NCBI GenBank assembly: GCA_051362555.1
Contig: CM120644.1
Coordinates: 14,263,268-14,282,033 of the forward strand
Direction of reading: 5' to 3'
Source of the DNA: Lingula anatina
Lineage: Eukaryota; Animalia; Brachiopoda
Length of the DNA: 18,766 nt
Shown one piece after another: positions 1 through 8,300 of this stretch (positions within the stretch are counted from its first letter, which is position 1; every line of letters starts with the position of its first letter). Below the pieces are notes generated by a model. The model searched no databases. It had not been told where the DNA came from and saw only the letters and a program-made list of their open reading frames with translations. The translations under genes and the position numbers were made by a program.

Positions 1-561
1 TCGATAGTGGAATATTAATCTTTCCAGTTGCCATTAGTTGAATCCCCCGTATACTAGAATTCCAGCGGCACATGGTAGCCATCTTGGATTTTCCAAAATG
101 CCCAAGAACACTTCGTAGTTACTCACCACAAACATATTATGTGGGTAACAAAAATCTGAGAAACAGACTTAATTTGATAGTGGACAACGTATCTTTCTAG
201 CTGGTATTAGTTGTGCACTAGTAGTCCTATGGCTGTTTCTATGGTATATGACAGCCGTCTTGGATTTTTTTCAAAAAGTCCAAGGTAACTTGTTTGGTAT
301 CTGACATATATGAATAAAATGGGTAATTAGGGTGTGGAAAACTCTGAGAAAATAATTTATTTGATAAAAATCAACATGGGTATGTACATATTTCTATAGA
401 ATTCCATAGATTGGCCGCCATTTTGGATTTTTTGACCAAACGGTAAATTGTTTGAGAGGGCTACGGCTCTGATTTGATTTAGAATGTCAAAAGATAACTA
501 CATGCCAAATTTGGTGCTTTTATCCGCCATGTCACGATTTTTTCCTTAAGCCACCGGACTA
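1..561. repeat. Unclassified interspersed repeat with internal GCC(A/G)T(C/T)TTGGATTTT subrepeats
   Basis: Three related blocks at about 78, 254 and 416, two followed by CAAAA.G.CCAAG and later by GGGTAA...CTGAGAAA. The boundary and family are uncertain. Confidence 0.45.
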
Positions 562-811
562 CACCTTTGGATGTGGGAATATGTGATCCAAGAGGGTTAA
601 GCACAAGTTTTTCTCAAGATTCCATGTACAAAAAAAGACATCTTCGAAATTGGAGAGAAAAACTGCAATAAAACTCACAGCATTGCTATGAATCTTTTTT
701 TTTTTTTTTTGGGGGGGGGGGGGGGGGAGGGAGGTCACCAGGGGCTTTAAAGATACCAACAAAATCCACCTAAAAAATATAGCAGAGAAGGAGCAATTTG
801 TGACAATAAGC

Positions 812-1130
812 GTTATAAAAGAATCCAAACTCGGATAGTTTAAGTTTAGATGTATTCATAGAAATCTAGGGACAAAATACTTACTGTTCAAATATAAAAT
901 AGTTGATAATCCGCATTGCAATTTATGTAGCACAATGATGGAAACAATTGAACATCTATTCGTAGATTGTGATCTCGCAAAAAAAAACTTGTGGAAGCAA
1001 ATCGAAAAGTGGTTTAGGGATGAAAAGGTTGTCAATATTCATATTTCTGCATCGGATATTATTCTTGGAAACAATGACGAGAAATTGAATTTTATTAATT
1101 TCCCAGGTAAAATAATACAATTACACTAAA
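812..1130 (+). pseudogene. Decayed 3' fragment of an L1/Tx1-like non-LTR retrotransposon ORF2 (zf-RVT CCHC region)
   Basis: The frame reads IKESKLG*FKFRCIHRNLGTKYLLFKYKIVDNPHCNLCSTMMETIEHLFVDC...LWKQIEKW. The CxxC...ETxEHLFxxC motif is typical of the RT-associated zinc finger; there is an in-frame stop at 836. Confidence 0.8.
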
Positions 1131-1721
1131 TCAAAAAAAAGGGGGACATCTGTCCTTTAGGGACATCGAATGCTATCTGTGTTAGAAAAAATATGCTGTG
1201 CTTATCAAAATATCTTATTTATAAATGAAAATGATGAGCCATCAGTAGTAGTTATGTGTGTATGTATGTATGTGTGAGAGAGAGAAGTAAGCGAGGGGTA
1301 ACAAAGAAGTATTGTATACTGTAATTTACATTTCTTAAGTTCAATAATAAAAAAGAATGAATATTGAATGTGTGCAACATGGAGACGGAAAGACATATAT
1401 TAAAATGAAAAATAAATTAAAATGGCTTTCTAGCCTTCCAGGGATAAGTTTAAGGTCTTTCTTAGCATATGATACCTAAAAAAAATAATATGTGTAAGCT
1501 TGAATGTGGGTGCCATATGCAATGAATCCATTGATAATTTAAATATGTTTTTAATTATTAACAGATTTCAGTGCAGTTTCTCTGTTTAAGGTTATATAGA
1601 TGAACAAGATTTAACTGTCATAGCCGCGTACTATATGAAGGTATTGTTGAAACTCTCCCACACCTGTTGAATTGTGTTTTACTCAAATGTTGAATTATAC
1701 TCCTTTTTCACCAGGGGTATA

Positions 1722-1754
1722 CAGTTTTGTGCAGAGAAAGTGACATTACGGATA
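1722..1754 (+). repeat. Left terminal inverted repeat (33 bp)
   Basis: 33/33 match to the reverse complement of 17525-17557; preceded by TA. Confidence 0.96.
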
Positions 1755-1780
1755 TGCTTACTCCAAAAACGATTAAGTAG

Positions 1781-1900
1781 TCTTACGTAGACTTACGTAC
1801 GCCCCTTAGGAGGAGAAAAGAATTGTGTGAAAATCCGTAACCTAAAGGACAATGCCGACTTACGTACATCTTACTCACATCTTACGTACATCTTACACAC
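1781..1900 (+). repeat. Subterminal short repeats (consensus ATCTTACGTAC), six copies; one inverted copy at 17498-17508
   Basis: CTTACGTAG 1782, CTTACGTAC 1792, 1859 and 1881, CTTACTCAC 1870, CTTACACAC 1892; GTACGTAAGAT near the right TIR. Confidence 0.8.
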
Positions 1901-2161
1901 ATGCAGCGATGAGTAAGAAGGGGTGGGTTTATGTAAATAGGGTGACGGCGGGGTGTTTCTCGCCTTGCGGCATCACAACCATGTGTGAAAAGAGGCGTGA
2001 TATATGATCCCACCTAATTATGGGTCTTTAAATCGTCCTCTGGTACGCTGCGGCGCGACCCAAACATGACTTTGACCAGGTTAGAATGTGAAGTTTAAGA
2101 ATTTACATTGATTTTTTTATTTCTTGTACATGATACGTCTGTCAACGAGTCGGTGTGTCGC

Positions 2162-2197
2162 GGCTGGCGATACGTCACGGTATTGTGGTCTATAATA
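2162..2197 (-). promoter_or_regulatory. Possible core promoter TATTATAGA ... ATCGCCAGCC facing the left TIR
   Basis: Minus strand TATAGA begins at 2194; the A of TCGCCAG is at 2165 (29 nt later). Confidence 0.35.
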
Positions 2198-3336
2198 GTG
2201 CAGGTCCAATTTCCCGCTCACTGTGATGCAACCCAGGCGTAACTTTGATTTAAGTTAGTGCTTTTACAAAAGTGGGACTAACTTTATGATTATGGCCATT
2301 CAACTGTATAACATGAGAACAAATATTTAGCCAAAAGAAAGTCAAATAACGCTTTCGTGTAAAAAAAAACGTGCTTGTCATCCTGGCTGTGAAGTTACGC
2401 CTTTTTATTTAAAGGGAGTGGGTGTATCCAGGCTGAAACAGACTCTCCTGTCTCAATGATCAAATGCCATTTAATTCGCAATGTGCGGATTTCTGAGGGC
2501 ACATTCTTAAGATTAGGTACAATGCCGACTTATGCACATAACACGAACATCTTATTCAGGTAAAGCGACGACAGGAGGGGCTGTGGTTATGCAAAGCGTG
2601 AAATGAGGCGTGATATACTTTAGTTCGATTGATTGTGGGCCAATAAAATAAAAAAGGTAATGTACCCTGCTCCGCTGTGACGAGGCCAATACTGTGCACT
2701 TTTTAGCTATCCGTTTAAGTACATGTCTCCTTGATCAAAACAAATTCAATACAGTGAAGAATAGAAAAGGCATTAAATTGACAAACACAAGTACCCTGTA
2801 CGATGTTCGAAATTTGGCCGATGAAGGCCGCTTTTATTGTGAATCCCTCTAATAAAGGAAGTAATTTTAGAGGCTAAAATTGAATAATTGTGACAGTGCC
2901 TAATTACGTAACTTTTACGTCTAAAAAAACTTTATTTTATATATAATTCCCAAACAACAGTGCAGACGTTCTAATTTGTGGGGTTGCAAAGAGGCCGAGA
3001 AGAAAAACTCCGAACAACGACCGGACGAAGCACCTCGGTGGAGTTTGAAATAAAGGATAAGCTAATTAGCAAATTGGTGGACGGCAGATAAGCTGCGGCG
3101 TGCTACCCAACCCTACTCCCTTTTTGAGGGAGGGGGGGGTACACTCTTTTCCTTACGATAAACAGGCCTTACAGCGAGGAGTAGAGCTCTCCATTCTGCC
3201 ATCCCTAGTTAGAGAAATTTAGATGTTGAAGAAATTTCAAATGTGCCCGCCCGGTCTTTTATGAATTAGATCGGCCAATACTTACCTAACTGATTTCCTG
3301 AAATAAAAGGTATTAATTAGGTAATCACAAATAACT

Positions 3337-3477
3337 GGTCCGCATGTCTTGCTAGACCGAAAAAGTAACACAATGGAATGAATGATAAACAAAAAAATGG
3401 GTAGAAGGAGAGAATCTGCATGTCTTGCTAGATCTCTGGGAAGATAGGAAATATGAGGTCCGCATGTCTTGCTGGAC
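3337..3477 (-). repeat. Three copies of an AGCAAGACATGC(A/G)GA motif downstream of the BEN stop codon
   Basis: Plus-strand GGTCCGCATGTCTTGCTAGAC (3337), GAGAGAATCTGCATGTCTTGCTAGATCTC (3408) and ATGAGGTCCGCATGTCTTGCTGGAC (3453). Confidence 0.9.
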
Positions 3478-3494
3478 TTCAAAAATACACTTTA

Positions 3495-4877
3495 CTAATT
3501 TTGGTTGCCCGCTCTTAAATTTCTATTTGCAGTGTTCATGGCAGAAACCATTTTTGCCCAAAAGTTCTTGTTTAGTCTCTGTTGCTCCGGATAGTAACGT
3601 CCAACAGCATTTCTTATATATTGAATTCTGTTCCTGTCCAACGGACTCCTAATGTCTCCCCCTCTCTTTGATCCTTCCACATTCTTTGTGGGGTCCGTTC
3701 TCTCCTCCCTGCTGAAGAGCTGCCCCATTAGCTTCACGCAAAAATTGGTCGCCCCCGTAGAATTTTGTTTTAGGATAAGGAGCTCGTTCTCAGTGGGGAA
3801 TAACGTACGGGTCTGGGGAGGGTGGCCTTGAGAACGAGCCGGGGCAGGGGCAGGGGCAGGGGCAGGGACTGGGTATGGGTAGTGTGGAGGGAAAGGGAAG
3901 GGGGCATGGGGGTGTGCTCCTTGTATGTCAAAAAATGGGGGCTGGGGATATGCAGGGAAAGGTGGTGGGCTAGGAAAAGCAGGGGGAGGTGGGGGAGATG
4001 GGAGGGGGCTGTCTAAATTCAAACGGGATACAGGGGGCGGTGTCCCATAGTCGGTGGCTGCGGAAGGGGGGATCAGTCTGGTGGTGGTGGCAGGAGGGGT
4101 CGGTCTGGCGGTGGATGTGGTAGAGGGGGTCGGTCTGGAGGTGGAGGTGGTGGCCTGGAGAGACGGTCTAGTGGCGGTGGCGGCGGCAGGGGGGGGTGGT
4201 CTGGTGGCGGGGAAGATGGCAGGAGGGTTTGATCTGGTGGATGTGGTGGCAGGGGGGGTCGGTCTGGCGGTGGATGTGGTGGCAGGGGGGGTCGATTTGG
4301 CGGTGGATGTGGTGGCAGGGGGGGTCGGCCTGGAGGTGGATGTGGTGGCAGGGGGGGTCGGTCTGGCGGTGGATGTGGTGGCAGGGGGGGTTGGTCTGGC
4401 GGTGGATGTGGTGGCAGGGGGGGTCGGTCTGGCGGTGGATGTGGTGGCAGGGGGGGTCGGCCTGGAGGTGGATGTGGTGGCAGGGGGGGTCGATTTGGCG
4501 GTGGATGTGGTGGCAGGGGGGGTTGGTCTGGCGGTGGATGTGGTGGCAAGGGGGGTTGGTCTGGCGGTGGATGTGGTGGCAGGGGGGGTTGGTCTGGCGG
4601 TGGATGTTGTGGCAGGGGGTGGTGGTCTGGAGATGGAGGTGGTGGCAGGGGGGGTGCTGGGGGTGGAGGTGGTGGCAGGGGGGCTGCTGGGGGTGGTAGG
4701 GGGGGCTCCCAAAATTTGGTGAAGCAACTCTTCATGTCGCAGGAGTTTCTCGAATATCTTATCAATGGAATCTTGAAGTTTCACCAGAGCCGGTCTGCAC
4801 TCACACCGCAGAGGTGGGGGAAGCTGGGGTGTATTGTCATGTCCACCGGCTGGGCCAGATGAAATGCGAGTTGCCTG
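3495..4877 (-). CDS. Terminal exon of the BEN-domain gene (coiled coil, Pro/Thr repeats, BEN domain at about 3510-3790)
   Basis: Long open frame in the ORF track, entered through a TTTGCAG/CAG (NAGNAG) acceptor at 4880-4875; stop TAA at 3497-3495. Confidence 0.88.
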   Translation of the reverse strand, partial: QATRISSGPAGGHDNTPQLPPPLRCECRPALVKLQDSIDKIFEKLLRHEELLHQILGAPPTTPSSPPATTSTPSTPPATTSISRPPPPATTSTARPTPPATTSTARPTPLATTSTARPTPPATTSTAKSTPPATTSTSRPTPPATTSTARPTPPATTSTARPTPPATTSTARPTPPATTSTSRPTPPATTSTAKSTPPATTSTARPTPPATTSTRSNPPAIFPATRPPPPAAATATRPSLQATTSTSRPTPSTTSTARPTPPATTTRLIPPSAATDYGTPPPVSRLNLDSPLPSPPPPPAFPSPPPFPAYPQPPFFDIQGAHPHAPFPFPPHYPYPVPAPAPAPAPARSQGHPPQTRTLFPTENELLILKQNSTGATNFCVKLMGQLFSREERTDPTKNVEGSKRGGDIRSPLDRNRIQYIRNAVGRYYPEQQRLNKNFWAKMVSAMNTANRNLRAGNQN

Positions 4878-5343
4878 CTGCAAATTAGAAACATTTATTT
4901 AATGTTTTTTATTTGAACTCGTTTTTAAATATGGACATGGAAACAAAACTGCAGCTATGACGCAACCCCATTTGTCGTTTCATGTTCAAGGACACATTTT
5001 TACCTCAATACTGAATTAATCTCGACATTTTTAATCATACCCTCCGTTACTTATAAATATTTCAAGCTGGTGTCATAGACTCGTTGTTCTTGTGTAAGAT
5101 TCTCTTTAGTACTCACCTTTCGGCCCACTGCCTTCTTTTTAGTTTTTTGTTTCTTTGGTGGTCTTTCCCCCTCTTCTTCACCAGTTTGATCCTGAAAGAA
5201 CCCAAGCCGTAAACAGCAGTATTATTATTATTATTATTATTATTATCATTATTATTATTATTATACAGAACGAGAAAAAGTGAACAACTGCAATTGTGCA
5301 GCCTCTTAGGTAAAAATCACATATAATATATACTTGTATATAC

Positions 5344-5377
<34 letters not shown>

Positions 5378-8300
5378 GAAATCAAATTAGACGGCCCTCA
5401 CCTGTCGTCTCACTTGCTTCTTTCGCCTCACTTCCTTCGTCACCTCCGTCTCCGCCCTCACCTCCTCCTCGTCAGTTTGATTCTGAAAAACGACAATTAA
5501 ATAAATAAATGAACAAATGAATTTGTCTCTCTTTCCGTTTTATGTATGTACGAAGACAGTTCGCTAAATTAAACTTGAAAAAATAACGAATTAACTGTGA
5601 TGGGCATTAGAATGTTTTCAGTTGTCGTGTATAGCTTTTCAATAAGCTGACCATTTCTTTCTTTTTCTTTTCTATTTTGCTGTGGTAAATTGATGTCGTG
5701 TGCACGATTTTTGTCAGTGCACGGTGCTCACCTGCTCTTCCTCCACCTCCCCTTCCTCCTCCTCTGAGCTTCCAGAACTGTCAGTTTCATTGGCATAAAA
5801 CCTTTCCATTGCCATGTGTTCTGACACGGAATCTGAAAGAGGACAAAAAGAACATGGCTGGTTGTAAGTCAGGCACGTCGGCGGGTGGGGGAGGCGTTCG
5901 TCTGGTAAATTTGATAATGGTACAAAAAGGTTTCATGATGAAGGGTCCGCTTTTCAGAAAAAGAACCTTACTTTGAAATTGCTGAGAAATGTCAACGTGT
6001 GCATACGGGACAACTCGTGAAGCGACGTACAATATGAAATTAACATGTTATTCGTACAGTTTTTGGGCATCATGAACCCTTGTTAATTTCTTTAATTATT
6101 TATATTGATAGTTATCGTGGTATGGTTTTCTTGTCAGTGAGTCAGCACGCAGTACAGACTAATGGTGACTTACTTGTTGTGTGAAGAACCATTCCTTCGA
6201 CCTCCCCCAGATCCTTCCACTGGACCCTTACTCGTACACCCTGTACGATTTTCTCATCGGCCGTCAGTTCGATCGTCTTCAGGCCGGACACTGTATTATC
6301 CTGCCATCGAACGACAGCGAAGGTATCTGGAAAGAATTAAGGGTATGCGAGATTAGAAAAACATACTCATAAATGATTATAAATTTAACTCTAACTTGGC
6401 AAAATATGATTGTGTTCCGGTATTCTACAGACGCATCGCCCAATATTATAAGCGACTAACGAAAATGAATCTAGTGATGCTAAATGTAAATGGGATTGGG
6501 GGGGGGGGGGGGGGGGGTCCGCGGATGCGAAGTGTTTTAGAGGGCGAGTAACAGTAAATGTATGCAACTTTTTGTGTCGATAAAATTACATAATTTTTAT
6601 TTCCTTTTTTTCTATAATTTTTTTATCAAACCATTCTCAAAATCAATACCAACAGAGACTACCAGGATGCCCAGTCAATCCTTAGGCCTACCCTCGCCAG
6701 CAGTTATGCACGCGATTCTTAGTTATGTACGGCATTTTTTTCAAACAACTTGTTTTTCTAGCTCCGCTGACTTTAATATTGCCAAAGAAGGAAAAAATAT
6801 ATATAAAATTGAAACCAAAAATAATTTGTTTTTTTTCACCGACGTCCGACTGATCATACTCTTCAATCGGAATAACATAAACGCGAAAACTCCTAGTAAG
6901 TTTAACGGCACTCTCACGTCACATGACTGCCTACAAGTTAAACGAAGGCCATTTGTACCAAGGTAAACGCTTGGTTCATTTCCTCGAGCTTCCGGTTTTT
7001 AAGCCAATCAGTACTTCGTTGATATTTTACATTACACGTACGACTACATGTGGTATTAATGCAAAATGGCGGGAAAGTGTGCTGGAGTAGCCGTCTTGAC
7101 TTAAGCAGGAATTTCACCTCTGTTGTGTGGCTCACTTTATAGTGAAGGAGGGACCAAAATTATTATGCAAAATGGTCTGTCCGACCAGTGTTACAGATGT
7201 TTTAGGCAATTTTACTCACTGCTTTCTGTCGGAAATGAACATCAACTGCACAACTTGCGTCACGTGTGGAGTGTTTCAAAGGGGGAACAGCAGAGTAAAG
7301 AGCACAAAGCATGTTTGTTTATTATTATTTTGTAATTTACAAGAATGATTCGTAGAATTGACATTTATTTTGACAAATAAAATAATAAAAAGAAATTGCT
7401 GTTTTTGTTTCTCTGTTTTAGTTCTTACTATTGTCTAATGTTAAAAGTCATGATTTTGAAAAATGTCTTTCATTTTTCACCCCCTCCGACCTCCAAAAAA
7501 ATATTGTTTAACAAACAATAAATTAAATAAAAACTGCCCAACACTCGCTGTATAGTGTGGGTGATGTATTGTCACCATTGCATGGCTGTTGCTCACTAGT
7601 TTTTTCTGAATCTGGAAGCATGTGCCACCAGATTCGCCTGATGGACATGCCACCAGACTGGCGATCTTGTGAGAAGCAGCGCTTTATATAGGTTTGGGAC
7701 TGACCTTTGACCTGATGTACAATGTAACTCTCATTGGGTAGTGCGAATGACGCAATGTCTAGAAAGCATTGCATGGTGTCTGGTGAGTGGATTGTAACTA
7801 AGTCTTCTTGCTTTCCTTTTTTTTTTCATGTGACGGAATATGTACCCCCAGAAAATGTTGAAGAGCATATGGATCACTTATACATTTACAGGTATACTAT
7901 GTCCTCGCTTTTATGTAACTTAGCGACTGCACTGAGGATAATTTGTTGATTGGTGGTTATTATCGCTAGAACTTAGAAGTATTTAAACAAGAATCAGTTT
8001 TAACATCAACTTGAATTTTAAGTGTTCCTCTCGAGTTAACGCTGTTGCTTGACTACTCCCACAGGCTTTAAGTGTGAATTTCACTGTAACAGTACCTTTG
8101 TTAAACGCAAAAATTACAGGCCGTTCATAATTGGGGGGGGGGGATGGGGGGGGGGGAGCAACCTTCCGCATGCAATTTGTTAATTGATACAGTCATGCAT
8201 ATTTGATTTTATTGCTTTTACTTATGCAATATGTTTAATTAGTATATTATTTATCTTTGTTTTTTTACACCAATTAACATAAGTTTAAAAAATGTTTTAC

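Noticed and set aside
4240-4620. CRISPR-like 33-bp periodicity
   Set aside because: Units are contiguous with no unique spacers, lie in a coding exon, and the DNA is eukaryotic.
4054-4765. ORFs 4054-4722 (+), 4196-4699 (+), 4073-4765 (-) and 3822-4016 (+)
   Set aside because: Shadow frames of the stop-poor GC-rich minisatellite and Pro-rich region; only the 3495-4883 frame carries a recognisable domain and splice acceptor.
7644-7650. Hairpin A 5' arm (GCATGTC) targeting the GACATGC 3'-UTR motifs
   Set aside because: Only 7 nt, outside a seed position and absent from hairpin B.
7852-7891. 40-nt plus-strand micro-exon conserved in both duplicate copies (also about 10008-10047)
   Set aside because: Weak GTATAC donor, poor pyrimidine tract and no partner exons; the similarity is explained by the duplication.
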